Shown piece by piece: positions 9,640 through 19,370 of a DNA stretch of 64,000 nucleotides. Each line of letters starts with the position of its first letter. Position 1 is the first letter of the stretch. Under the pieces are notes generated by a model. It was given only the letters and a program-made list of their open reading frames with translations. It had not been told where the DNA came from and made no database searches. This DNA is from a virus (taxonomy: Duplodnaviria; Caudoviricetes), in the IMG/VR virus record IMGVR_UViG_3300042935_001404. One strand, written 5' to 3'. A program made the position numbers and the translations under genes.

Positions 9640-9998
9640 GCCCGGACATTTCGTGCCGCATAGTAGTTTGGCTGCACCGGTTGTGACACGCCAAGCAAAG
9701 TGCTGTTGCTACGTTGATTGTTAAGATAGTAGGCCAGAGTCAAGTTTAGTTCTGCAGTGTTGGCAGTTGTTTGCATCTGCTGTAACAATGATAACGCAGG
9801 TATGCTTTGTTCATTGGCAACTCTAAACAGTGCAGTGGCAAAGTTGGCAGCGGCTGACGCAGTGGTATATATTGACTTGAAGTAACTAAACACTGCATCC
9901 CATTCATTGCTGTCAACAAACTGCTCATATCCGTAAAATTCATCAAACACTCTCACAGTGAGATCTATATTGTAGTTGGTATTATTAACTGAGTTCAT
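9636..9998 (-). CDS. Hypothetical protein
   Basis: 120-aa ORF coupled to both neighbours by ATGA overlaps. Confidence 0.7.
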   Translation of the reverse strand: MNSVNNTNYNIDLTVRVFDEFYGYEQFVDSNEWDAVFSYFKSIYTTASAAANFATALFRVANEQSIPALSLLQQMQTTANTAELNLTLAYYLNNQRSNSTLLGVSQPVQPNYYAARNVRA

Positions 9999-11134
9999 GT
10001 TCTAGGAGGCGGTTGTTTAGGAAATAACATACTGTTGGCAGAGTTTGCCGCGTTGCGCATTGCGCCCGGTAAACTGTTGCGCAACACATCTTGTTTGACA
10101 GCGGCAGCATCATTGCGTATGATATTGCTGAGTGGTGTTTTCTTCAGTGTTTGATTTACATTCAGTGCTTTTTGTACACCACCAATCACATTGGCAAGAC
10201 TGCCACGACCAGACATCAGTGCAGTCAAATCTTCGTAGATGCCCACGCCTGCATCCAGTAATCCGCCTTGTCCCAGCACAGTTGACTGACTGCCCGGACG
10301 AGAGATTGAACTGCGAATTTGATCGTAACGATTGGGATCAGCAAACCCAACCACATTGGTATCGGGACGCACAGCACCAATAGCACCAGAATAGTATTTT
10401 ACAGTTTCATATCGTATTGTCACAGTGTGTGTCATAATGCCGCCGCCTTGACTGTAGTCATAGGTGTCGTGTTTCCAATCTGTGATCATTGGATTTACCA
10501 GTACATAGGCAGCAAACTTGTGTTGATTAAGTCCGTAAATTTTGATGTCGCGAAAGAAAGGTGGCTTACCTTCTGGAGCAAATGTTCCATCGGTATAACT
10601 TTCACCCACATAGCCCCAGTCATTTACAAATCTATCGTTGCTGTAGGTGTCGCGTGTGTTGTAGCCAAAGCCAGTGGGCGTGGTTTGTAGATTGCCCGAA
10701 GTTCCGTTGGTGTTTGGCACACCTTCATACTGTTGTACAGGATCTTTGTAGTAGTAACTGAAGTAGTTGTACCATAAATTGCGAATTAAATCGCCGCCGT
10801 CATCATTGAATGTTATGGTAACAGGTTGATATTCAATTTTACTTTGTACCAATCGCTTGCGATTGTACTGATTCATTGTGTCAACTGAGATTTGATAACT
10901 GGGCAAGTCAATGGTTTTAACTGACAGGCCAATGCTGGCAGCATCGCCGTTGCCAACCATGGCTTGCAAGAATGGGATTGCACCAGAATTTAAATTGAAG
11001 AATGTGTGGAAGTTAAACTTGAGTCGTGGTGCAAGTTCGTATCCATTTGTACGAAAGGTTTTACTGGCATGGGTATAATCTCTTAACCCGTTGTCGCCAA
11101 TAAAACCTTTTAGAAAGTTTTGTCCAAAACTCAT
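9995..11134 (-). CDS. Tail-tube-fold baseplate/tube initiator protein (gp54/gp48-like)
   Basis: VKTIDLPSY...NQYNRKRLVQSKIEYQPVTITFNDD matches the gp19-family fold; lies directly downstream of the tube gene. Confidence 0.6.
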   Translation of the reverse strand: MSFGQNFLKGFIGDNGLRDYTHASKTFRTNGYELAPRLKFNFHTFFNLNSGAIPFLQAMVGNGDAASIGLSVKTIDLPSYQISVDTMNQYNRKRLVQSKIEYQPVTITFNDDGGDLIRNLWYNYFSYYYKDPVQQYEGVPNTNGTSGNLQTTPTGFGYNTRDTYSNDRFVNDWGYVGESYTDGTFAPEGKPPFFRDIKIYGLNQHKFAAYVLVNPMITDWKHDTYDYSQGGGIMTHTVTIRYETVKYYSGAIGAVRPDTNVVGFADPNRYDQIRSSISRPGSQSTVLGQGGLLDAGVGIYEDLTALMSGRGSLANVIGGVQKALNVNQTLKKTPLSNIIRNDAAAVKQDVLRNSLPGAMRNAANSANSMLFPKQPPPRT

Positions 11135-11142
11135 TAGACTAC

Positions 11143-11787
11143 TTAGGCGCCTTGCGTGCCACCTAAGCCGGTTACTGTGCCTAGTGTAGTACCAAGGATA
11201 GTGCCTGTTTCGCCAACACCACCACCAACAACCTGGTTGGCATTGTCAAAGGTAATACTCAGTGCAATGGTCATTGCTTCACTGGTTGCGTAATTGGCAT
11301 CACCATAGTTTACTTCTTTCAAGTAGCAGCCATACAATTCCCATGATTCAAGCACAGTCGGAGCAACAGCACCATTGCCACCGTCAAGTACTTCAAACTT
11401 GGTTGTGAACTTGTAATCTGCACCTGCAGCCGCTGATGCCATTTCAAAGAAGTCCAATTGTTTCTGCAGTTGTGATCCAACCAGTTGTTGTACATTGGCT
11501 CCGGCATCGTCACGCAAGTTACAACTTACATCGCCCCATGAGTGCTTGCCAGCCATTTTAAGAGTGGAGTTATAGATTGGAATATCTATGTTTTCAAATG
11601 TCACTGTTGGGCGTGTAAAGTCAATGACCTGTTTGGTCATCTCGGTAACCGGACCACCTTGCACACCAAAATTTTCAAATATCACTCGGAAGCGATATTT
11701 TAATTTTGGCATTAATATGCCTGTACTGCCTTGGCTAGCGTCACTTGCCAAGGGTACTGTCATTTTGTTTAACGATGCTGAAGCCAT
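11143..11787 (-). CDS. Tail tube protein (T4 gp19-like)
   Basis: KYRFRV, RPTVTFE, AGKHSWGDV, WELYGC and ITFDNA motifs; follows the sheath gene. Confidence 0.9.
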   Translation of the reverse strand: MASASLNKMTVPLASDASQGSTGILMPKLKYRFRVIFENFGVQGGPVTEMTKQVIDFTRPTVTFENIDIPIYNSTLKMAGKHSWGDVSCNLRDDAGANVQQLVGSQLQKQLDFFEMASAAAGADYKFTTKFEVLDGGNGAVAPTVLESWELYGCYLKEVNYGDANYATSEAMTIALSITFDNANQVVGGGVGETGTILGTTLGTVTGLGGTQGA

Positions 11788-11834
11788 AATTTTTATCCTC
11801 TGTTACTGTTATTTATGTTATCTATACGTGACTA

Positions 11835-11859
11835 AAAATAGGGACCGGGTCCCTATTTT
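11835..11859. terminator. Intrinsic terminator hairpin after the sheath gene
   Basis: aaaatagggac-cgg-gtccctatttt, an 11-bp perfect inverted repeat with A/T flanks. Confidence 0.7.
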
Positions 11860-11860
11860 A

Positions 11861-14800
11861 TTAGCCTCCGGCAGCAATTTCTCCGGTGTTCTTGATACGA
11901 ACTGGAATGTAGATAAACTCAACAGCCTTGACTGGCTCAATGGCAATATCAACATACAATTCGTTGCGATCTATACGTGCAGGAGTGTTGTTTGATGCAT
12001 CGCACACCACTAGATAGTCATAGATACCACGTTTAGCAACCAGGTCAATCATTAGACCGTCAATTGCGTTTTTAATCTGATTGCGTGTGATCTGATCATT
12101 TGGTTCAAACAAGAACTGCTTGCCGATGATGTCCAAGCGTCCACGGATGAATGCAACCAAACGTGACACGTTGATGCGATCCATAGCGGTTGTAAGGCTT
12201 GTGGTGGTTTTGTTACCAAAGTTGGTGATACCAACACCCGGAATGAATGTGATTGGGTTGATAGCGTTTTCATACAAGACATCACGCAGACCTTGACGTA
12301 CACCCAATGATACAAACTCACCTGTGGTAGCATTGACATAGCCCAGTTGTACAGCATTGTCAATTACGCCACGACGGGTGCCGGCTGGCGCAAACCAAGG
12401 AAATGATACTTCGTCACTGCGAATAATTGTGCGAATCATCATGTGACTTGGTGCTGTTACCACTGGGCTGCCGCTCAAGTCAGTTGTTTGGCAACTTGGG
12501 TAGAATACCCCCATGTACTGATTGCCCACTGTCAAGCCGTCTCCTGTGTCTAGACCTAAGCCGTTATTGTTGCTGGCCCACAGCAAGATGTCTTGTGGAT
12601 CTAAGCGTAGCGGTGTATCACCAATTACAAAGCCGGTGTTGTTGCGCTCGTTGTTGAGTGCAATCATGTTTGGCATCAACTCTGGATATGCGGGAGTTGC
12701 CATCAAGTTGAACTGACGTTGTTCTTCGCGAATATCTGTGTTTGTATCAATGCCGGACTTCAGTGCAGCCACAATCATGGCACGTTGTGCTTGGCGGCCC
12801 ATGTATGGAGCACCATTGGCTTTTAGTCCACTTGCTGTTACCCAAGCATTGGTCACTGCGGGCAGTGTATCATCTGGGAATGTGTCAGCATTGAAGTAGT
12901 CTACTTGGAAACTCTTGACATTGAATCCTGAACGGCGTGTGTTGAACAACAACATACCTTGTGGATACAGTGTAGACTGTGGAGCATCTAGGTCCAGGTA
13001 ATCACTGGTCAACAAACTAGTGATAGTTGGGAACGGTGCTGTAATGGGATCGGTAGTGCCGTTTGGTGCCCAACGTGCATCAGCAAATAACACACCATTT
13101 TCTGTAGTTTGGTCAGTGTTGTCAATGGCCACCCACTGATCAACTCCATTCACTGGCTGCCAGCGATACAGTCTTGGATAGTTTTCTAAATCACTTGTGT
13201 CCACCCATAGATCACCAAAAACTAATGGCGATTCTGATTCGTCTGTCTGTGTTGTTGGTGCAGTGGCACTGATAATAGGCCCTGTAGCATTGGTTGCACT
13301 TAGATCGTAACCACGAATATCGTTTGTCACGTTCTGATAACCTTGCCATGTGCCATTGTCTTGAATCATGATGTCAACTTGATCAGTTGCACTGTAGTAC
13401 CATAAGCGACCATCTGCTGGGTCTTGATCAGGAGCGGCATCACTTGCTGTGTATGTGAATGTAGGTGTACCAACCCAGTTGCTCAAAATTAACCCAGTAG
13501 CAACACCATTTGCATAGTTGTTTCTTACTCCACGAACGCTGGTGCTAAACCCAGCGGTAGTGACTGGTGTACCAGTTATATTAATTAATGCTATTGTTCC
13601 GCCGGCTGCGTGTGTAAACACAACAGCACCTGCACTGTTGACTGTGGCACTGACGTATGGAATATTGGCACCACTAACTCCAGCAATGAAATCTTCAACT
13701 GTGGTTCCTGCTAGTGTAACTATAGCAGTTGTATTAATAGCAGTGCCTGGTTGGCTGGCTGTAATGTTAAATGAGTTACCAGACACAAACGGACCCGGAG
13801 TAGCATCGTTGCCTGTGATTTCTGTTGCACCAGTGGCATATCTTTCAAATATTGTAAAACTTGATGTGTTATTTTTTAATATGTTTGCATGAGCATATGT
13901 AGATCCAGCTGGAATATTTTTTCCGCCGCCACTGGGATCAGTTGCATACAACTCTTCATTTTCAGTAAGATATATTGGACATGTTTGTGCAACAAATGCA
14001 CCTAGAATTGTACTGTATTTTTTAACAACAAACTGAGCTCCCTGATTCACATCAGTAATTTTTTGCCATACACTTCCAGTTGGTGCTGGCTGTGTTTGAG
14101 TCGCACCCCAACGTGGAACTGTATAACTTGGACTTACTTGATAGGTAGGAGCAAAATACTCGGTTGCTGTGATGCCCAATGTTGTCAGCGCAGTGCCAGA
14201 TATGTTGGCTATTGAAATAATGCCAGTGTTGGCCGTGCTGCCGTCGTTGGTGGCAGTGGAATCAGCATACATGTATAATTTGCCACCAATTGTGGCTGCA
14301 TATACTCCAGTAATGGCTGCGTCATTAATCGCATCAGCAATGCCATCCACTGTGTTGTTAGGGACAGCAGGAACTGTGATTGTTACGTCATTAACAGAAA
14401 AAGTTTGTGCGGCAGTCAACGTAGTTGGAGCCAATGTGCCTGACACAGTTGGCCAGGCAGTTTTCCATTCGTCACTACCAACCAATACCCAGGTATTGTA
14501 CAAATCTGACAGTGCAGTAGCACTGGTCTGTGCGGATGTTGGGCCACCACGCTTGTAGTATCCTGGATTAAATGTACTGGTTGCAGTAACAGCATAATCA
14601 CCAATGCTGCCAACTGTCTGCAGTGGAACTGAAGTTCCTGTTTCTAACTGTGTAGTGTTGGTGATCACAATAGGAGTTTGAACAGTAAAGATACCAGTTG
14701 TGATATTCCACTGGAAGATGCCCCATTCAGTGTTTGTAGTATCAAACCAATAGGTATTGTTGGTTGGAGCACCCAATGGGCGTGTCAATGATGCTGTTAG

Positions 14801-15154
14801 TTCTGTTAAATCAATGTCAACACGCTGAACATAGCAACGATTGCTTACACCCAGTGCAGAGTATGCTGCCAACAAGCCGTATTCGTTTAGTTCGTACCCA
14901 TTGATTGGAGTACCAGCAGTGGTCTTGTAGAAGAATGGATTGCCAAACGTAGCGGCCAAATCTCGCTGACTGGTCATTAAATAAACACGGTTAGCATTTG
15001 CTGCCAATGTTCCTGGTGCAACGCCAACTCCAGCGGCACTGGTTTTGTTCTGTGCCGTTGCTATTAAAATGTATGGTACTGAATTGGTAGCAGCAGGGAT
15101 ATATTGACTTTCGTCGATAATCGTTACTTCTACGCCTGGGGATACTAATGCCAT
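11861..15154 (-). CDS. Tail sheath protein (T4 gp18-like), enlarged
   Basis: N-terminal LVSPGVEVTIIDES; C-terminal WFAPAGTRRG, LYENAINPI, RINVSRL, FLFEPND and IEPVKAVEFIYI; 1097 aa. Confidence 0.95.
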   Translation of the reverse strand: MALVSPGVEVTIIDESQYIPAATNSVPYILIATAQNKTSAAGVGVAPGTLAANANRVYLMTSQRDLAATFGNPFFYKTTAGTPINGYELNEYGLLAAYSALGVSNRCYVQRVDIDLTELTASLTRPLGAPTNNTYWFDTTNTEWGIFQWNITTGIFTVQTPIVITNTTQLETGTSVPLQTVGSIGDYAVTATSTFNPGYYKRGGPTSAQTSATALSDLYNTWVLVGSDEWKTAWPTVSGTLAPTTLTAAQTFSVNDVTITVPAVPNNTVDGIADAINDAAITGVYAATIGGKLYMYADSTATNDGSTANTGIISIANISGTALTTLGITATEYFAPTYQVSPSYTVPRWGATQTQPAPTGSVWQKITDVNQGAQFVVKKYSTILGAFVAQTCPIYLTENEELYATDPSGGGKNIPAGSTYAHANILKNNTSSFTIFERYATGATEITGNDATPGPFVSGNSFNITASQPGTAINTTAIVTLAGTTVEDFIAGVSGANIPYVSATVNSAGAVVFTHAAGGTIALINITGTPVTTAGFSTSVRGVRNNYANGVATGLILSNWVGTPTFTYTASDAAPDQDPADGRLWYYSATDQVDIMIQDNGTWQGYQNVTNDIRGYDLSATNATGPIISATAPTTQTDESESPLVFGDLWVDTSDLENYPRLYRWQPVNGVDQWVAIDNTDQTTENGVLFADARWAPNGTTDPITAPFPTITSLLTSDYLDLDAPQSTLYPQGMLLFNTRRSGFNVKSFQVDYFNADTFPDDTLPAVTNAWVTASGLKANGAPYMGRQAQRAMIVAALKSGIDTNTDIREEQRQFNLMATPAYPELMPNMIALNNERNNTGFVIGDTPLRLDPQDILLWASNNNGLGLDTGDGLTVGNQYMGVFYPSCQTTDLSGSPVVTAPSHMMIRTIIRSDEVSFPWFAPAGTRRGVIDNAVQLGYVNATTGEFVSLGVRQGLRDVLYENAINPITFIPGVGITNFGNKTTTSLTTAMDRINVSRLVAFIRGRLDIIGKQFLFEPNDQITRNQIKNAIDGLMIDLVAKRGIYDYLVVCDASNNTPARIDRNELYVDIAIEPVKAVEFIYIPVRIKNTGEIAAGG

Positions 15155-15250
15155 GGTTAAATCCTTTTTCTAAGTTTTAATATTTAGCACCTATGCGTAA
15201 AAAACACGATCATTCAACCCTTTGCAAAGGTTTTTGTCGCTAAATACTCC

Positions 15251-15598
15251 ATGCAAAGACCTTTATGCCCTGCTTGTAATCAAAGATCGTGTGCCATTAA
15301 CTACTATCGCGATGGTGTGCCGCACTATAGAACACGCTGTGACCACTGCGTCAAGAAACAACGTCGAGTAAAGCCGCCACAGGCTCGTTGGAAATCCGCT
15401 GGCTATAAGAAAAAAGCCACGTGCGATAGATGTGGCTTTAAATCAAAATATTCTGCACAAACGTCAGTGTATCACGTGGACGGCAACTTACACAATACCA
15501 GTGTTAACAATCTGAAAACAGTGTGTTTAAACTGCACAGTTGAGATCACAAAGTCCGACTTGCCCTGGCAGCCAGGCGATTTGGTGCCTGATCTATAA
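15251..15598 (+). CDS. Small Zn-finger/HNH nuclease-like protein
   Basis: CPAC...C, CDHC, CDRC and VYHVDGNLHN...NLKTVCLNC (HNH); TAAATA 4 nt upstream. Confidence 0.65.
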   Translation: MQRPLCPACNQRSCAINYYRDGVPHYRTRCDHCVKKQRRVKPPQARWKSAGYKKKATCDRCGFKSKYSAQTSVYHVDGNLHNTSVNNLKTVCLNCTVEITKSDLPWQPGDLVPDL

Positions 15599-16202
15599 CA
15601 GTCTGTATTTGCGTGTACAGTGAGTCAATGTCAGAGTTATTGTACAAAACAAAATCAAAGGCACTGCCTACCCAAGCTGTTTCGCTGGCATGAATACCTT
15701 CATTCTTTAACCAGTCTTGTGCTTTGACATCGCCCTGATTTGCTTTGGCAGCAATATCAGTCCAATGCGGTTGAACACCTCGCTCGATGCAGACAATGAT
15801 ACCACCGGCAGCTCGCAATGATTTAATTTCGTTGGGAAAACGGCAGTCGCTGATCACAACATTGTCTTGGCTATTACGTAATTTGTTTTCTAAACTGGCA
15901 ATCCAAATGTCGTCGTGGAATCCAGAACGGCATACTTCTGTGCCCCATAACTGAAGCATTAACCGCGGAGTAAGTTCTGGCATGTTCAAACGTCTGGCCC
16001 ACCAAGAGTCCACCTGTTCTCTCCATTCACGAGCCTGCGCTGTACGGCCTTCTAGCAGGGTACGATCCCAGCCAAACACCTGTGCCACTGCATCTTTAAG
16101 GCTGTTGGCAAAACTTTCACGCCTGTATTCGTGGAAATTCACCAGGTAGTCTGCAACAGTATCTTTACCAGATCCAATAAATCCGCATACGCCAATGATC
16201 AT
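15546..16202 (-). CDS. Deoxynucleoside monophosphate kinase (T4 gp1-like)
   Basis: IIGVCGFIGSGKDT P-loop, SFANSLK, PRLMLQLWGTE and VVISDCRFPNE. Confidence 0.9.
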   Translation of the reverse strand: MIIGVCGFIGSGKDTVADYLVNFHEYRRESFANSLKDAVAQVFGWDRTLLEGRTAQAREWREQVDSWWARRLNMPELTPRLMLQLWGTEVCRSGFHDDIWIASLENKLRNSQDNVVISDCRFPNEIKSLRAAGGIIVCIERGVQPHWTDIAAKANQGDVKAQDWLKNEGIHASETAWVGSAFDFVLYNNSDIDSLYTQIQTVIDQAPNRLAARASRTL

Positions 16203-16723
16203 GATAATTCCGTTACATTTAAATGTTTGAGTGTGGTTTGCAACAACTCAATTTGTCTACGGCAGTCTTCTAACGCATGATGACTTGTAGGCGGTTTGGG
16301 CAGTCCTGGCCATAGAGCAAATACTGTTCTTGAATCTCTGACTGCATAAAACTGCCACGGAATTGGTTTTCCGTAACTTTTATAAGCATGTTCCAGGATG
16401 TTCATGTCATATGTGGGACCTTGTGCCCAAACACGATTGCTTTGCCAAATCAGCCGGCCCAACTCATCCAGTGCTTGGTCTAACGGAATTCGGTCTTGTT
16501 CGTGAAATGCTTCATCACGTGCTGCCGCAGGCTGAGTTGCCCACCAGTCAATTGTGCCTTGTTGAATTGATCTATTTTCTTGGCTCTCTAGTGTGATACG
16601 AGCATAGTATTTGCGCTCATTGTATCCGGAGCCTAATGGATCAAAACTCTGGGCCGCAATGGTTAGTATTGTGGTGTCAGGGCCGGTGCCCAAACCTTCT
16701 AAGTCAATCATTAAATCTGCCAT
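16199..16723 (-). CDS. DEDDh 3'-5' exoribonuclease (RNase AS/DUF5051-like)
   Basis: MIDLEGL (ExoI), WAQGPTYD (ExoII), RDSRT and HHALED (ExoIII). Confidence 0.8.
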   Translation of the reverse strand: MADLMIDLEGLGTGPDTTILTIAAQSFDPLGSGYNERKYYARITLESQENRSIQQGTIDWWATQPAAARDEAFHEQDRIPLDQALDELGRLIWQSNRVWAQGPTYDMNILEHAYKSYGKPIPWQFYAVRDSRTVFALWPGLPKPPTSHHALEDCRRQIELLQTTLKHLNVTELS

Positions 16724-16728
16724 GTGTT

Positions 16729-16757
16729 ATTATAACACACAACTGTATGATTTGCAA
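16729..16757 (-). promoter_or_regulatory. Sigma70-type early promoter for the exonuclease-dNMP kinase operon
   Basis: Minus strand TTGCAA-N17-TATAAT, followed by only 5 nt before the ATG at 16723. Confidence 0.7.
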
Positions 16758-16764
16758 CAGATGT

Positions 16765-17535
16765 TTAGCCGATTACCCAACTCAGGGGCTGTGAACCATC
16801 CACATAGTTCTTGAGATCTACTAGCAGTGCTTCCATTTGCGCTGTGGCTTCAGATTTCATTGCGGCACCGTTTAGTGTTCCGCCGCCCTGCGGACCGGCA
16901 ATGGTGCCAAATTTCTCACGTGCTTCACCGATAATCATTTTGCAGTTGGCCACCATGTAGTCACGTATCCATTGGCTGATTTGAAAGTCACTCAGCAAGT
17001 TAAACTCTGGTTTTAAATTGTATGTCCACAGTAACACATTCTCGCCAGTGCCTTTTGGGTCACGGATAATCTGTAATTTCTTGGTAACTGGATTCCAGGT
17101 AAAGTTCATGTAGCCGCCAAACATACGTGCGGCCAGCTCAACATACTGGCTGTAGAAGTCATACGTGGCCAGGCCGCCAGCCACGTTGAAGTTCATTAGA
17201 TAAACGTTGACACTGGCTTGTGAGAACGGATCAAAGTTTGACGAAAACGGTCCTGCTGAATCGCCAAACGTTCTACGGAAAATCTGTCGAACCTGTATGG
17301 TTTCTTGGGGCAAGGTATAGATGTTTACATCCTTGACCAACTCCATAAAAGTATAACTTTCTTCATACGCACCCTGAGCACGTTGACGATACACACCAAT
17401 TGTTTTTTGGTATGCGGCTTCGTAATGCTCTGCATCTAGTTCAAGGTCAATGATCTGCGAAGCCAGTTGTAACTGCACATATTCAATAAGGTTTTGTTTT
17501 AGCGTATTAAGGCTTGATTGTTCTTCAATTGCCAT
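16765..17535 (-). CDS. Neck protein (T4 gp13-like)
   Basis: LASQIIDLELD, YKMIIGEAREKF and GPQGGGTLNG motifs typical of gp13 homologues. Confidence 0.8.
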   Translation of the reverse strand: MAIEEQSSLNTLKQNLIEYVQLQLASQIIDLELDAEHYEAAYQKTIGVYRQRAQGAYEESYTFMELVKDVNIYTLPQETIQVRQIFRRTFGDSAGPFSSNFDPFSQASVNVYLMNFNVAGGLATYDFYSQYVELAARMFGGYMNFTWNPVTKKLQIIRDPKGTGENVLLWTYNLKPEFNLLSDFQISQWIRDYMVANCKMIIGEAREKFGTIAGPQGGGTLNGAAMKSEATAQMEALLVDLKNYVDGSQPLSWVIG

Positions 17536-17559
17536 GGTATAGAGCTCCGTTCCAGTTAT

Positions 17560-18696
17560 TTACCAGGATTTAAGGATGATCAGGTTCTCTGTGCCACGTC
17601 CGTTAAACGATGTTTCTGTTGTGGTCAGATCCTTGTAGATCTTTCTAGCGGCTGGCTTGCCTGCGGCTCCTAGTGCTTTAAGGATATCTGCAGGTTTACG
17701 CACAGTCTTTTGCAGACTTTCTACTGTGCTGAACCCAATGACGGAGTTTGATTTCACAGTGAATGCCTGTGTATAGCTGTCTGCAACAAGATGAATCAGT
17801 TTGCGTTTCTTAGTGTCATACAACCAGGCTTCTGCTTTGTCTACCAAACTTGCGGCAGGTAAACCTTTGAGCTTGAGCTCTGCAAATTCCATGATATGTT
17901 TGAACTTTGCCGCACGTTTCTCAGGCGGCACTGCTCGAACTTTACGCGGCTTGCGCTCAACCTTTTTAATCTGCACGTAGGCACCACAGTCCGAAATTAC
18001 CAGCTCACAGAACTTTACGCAATTCCGTAACTGCACCTTGCTCAAGAAACTGTAGCCCTGCACCAGGTCCGCATCTTTACCAGCCACTGCCGCATCAAAT
18101 TCCTCTAATTTGCGTGTCCAAATTTGTTTAATATCGTTTACCATTTGTGGAGCAACATTCATTGAACGCATCAGCACCACAGGTTTGTAGTCTGCTGTGA
18201 GCTTGGCGCCGCTTGAGACAAACTCGTCAAACAACCCATCTAGTTCACCCGCACACTCTGACACCTTCTCTCGCAGTCGGTCCTGGATTGTGATTTTTGG
18301 CACTGCGTCATCCACTGCGGCTTCTTCTGCCACAGCATCTTGTTTGGATTCTAAGATATCTTTTAGCAGGTTATCCAGTTTGATCTGCTCGTGCTCTGTG
18401 AGCTCCAGGCCCACCTGGCTCATGCGGCACAGCCAGCCTGTGGTTAGTCTGATTGAACTGTCTGGAATGCGTTTAAGGGTGCGCACATCGTTTTTACGAC
18501 CATGTGTTTCCAGATAGTTCACAATCATCTCACGTGCATCTTTTTTGCCGTAAAAGTAATTGTACCAACTGAACGCATGGCTAAGAGCACTGATACGACC
18601 TTCGGTGGGTTGGGTTTTCCAAGTTGGCTCCATGCCCATGGCATTGGTATCTGCACTGCGTGGGTTCAGCGGTTTAACGGGTTTAGTTGCGATCAT
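17560..18696 (-). CDS. Hypothetical early protein
   Basis: 378-aa open ORF with an AAGGA RBS, downstream of early promoters. Confidence 0.75.
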   Translation of the reverse strand: MIATKPVKPLNPRSADTNAMGMEPTWKTQPTEGRISALSHAFSWYNYFYGKKDAREMIVNYLETHGRKNDVRTLKRIPDSSIRLTTGWLCRMSQVGLELTEHEQIKLDNLLKDILESKQDAVAEEAAVDDAVPKITIQDRLREKVSECAGELDGLFDEFVSSGAKLTADYKPVVLMRSMNVAPQMVNDIKQIWTRKLEEFDAAVAGKDADLVQGYSFLSKVQLRNCVKFCELVISDCGAYVQIKKVERKPRKVRAVPPEKRAAKFKHIMEFAELKLKGLPAASLVDKAEAWLYDTKKRKLIHLVADSYTQAFTVKSNSVIGFSTVESLQKTVRKPADILKALGAAGKPAARKIYKDLTTTETSFNGRGTENLIILKSW

Positions 18697-18704
18697 AATA
18701 TTCC

Positions 18705-18992
18705 TTACTTAGTTCTGGGCAAGTGTTTTACAGCGTCAAAAAGTTTAGCGGCACGAACTACGTCAAAATTTTTGTGTTTGTACATCCAGGCTTTTTTACG
18801 TTCTGCTGTTTCCAGTGCCTCTACCAGTTTCCATTTAGTGTCAAAGTCCACTGTCATTATTATACGGCTCATGTCCACAATGTCCAATGCATACTCCACC
18901 CATTTTTCCGTAGCTTTTACTTTGTAATAGGAAGAATAAAAAGGTTTGCCTTTTGGGCCTGTGTACTTTGCTAAAAAGTTACCAGCTTTCAT
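18705..18992 (-). CDS. Hypothetical early protein (start moved to MKAGNF)
   Basis: AGGAG RBS precedes the ATG at 18992; the upstream in-frame extension in the ORF track overlaps a promoter. Confidence 0.7.
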   Translation of the reverse strand: MKAGNFLAKYTGPKGKPFYSSYYKVKATEKWVEYALDIVDMSRIIMTVDFDTKWKLVEALETAERKKAWMYKHKNFDVVRAAKLFDAVKHLPRTK

Positions 18993-19020
18993 AACATACT
19001 CCTGGAGTGGGTAAGTGTGT

Positions 19021-19049
19021 ATTATAGCAGTTTTGATTTTATTGGTCAA
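19021..19049 (-). promoter_or_regulatory. Sigma70-type early promoter
   Basis: TTGACC-aataaaatcaaaactgc(17)-TATAAT on the minus strand. Confidence 0.85.
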
Positions 19050-19318
19050 GTTACAGTCAACAATAGCATGGTCAAATCGTATTCATTGCGGAAAGTAATC
19101 CAGAATGGAGAGTCTAGCTCTCTTAATCTAGCTGGTTGTGTGCCTATATAACTGTACCAGATATCGTTACCCTGTTGGCCGTGCCCAGGCCAGCGTTTCT
19201 GGCAGGCTAACTCATACCTATTCCTATTTGGGGCAACGACAGAGTCAAAACGCATAGCTACTACATGCCCGTGCTCACGGAACTGTTTGTGTCTACCATT
19301 TAATTTAACAATTTTCAT
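19046..19318 (-). CDS. Small hypothetical early protein
   Basis: 90-aa ORF directly downstream of a consensus promoter. Confidence 0.65.
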   Translation of the reverse strand: MKIVKLNGRHKQFREHGHVVAMRFDSVVAPNRNRYELACQKRWPGHGQQGNDIWYSYIGTQPARLRELDSPFWITFRNEYDLTMLLLTVT

Positions 19319-19326
19319 AATACCTA

Positions 19327-19355
19327 ATTATAGCAGTTTGGGATTTAATGGTCAA
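19327..19355 (-). promoter_or_regulatory. Sigma70-type early promoter
   Basis: TTGACC-attaaatcccaaactgc(17)-TATAAT; near-copy of the promoter at 19021-19049. Confidence 0.85.
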
Positions 19356-19370
19356 CCGGTACCATAAATA

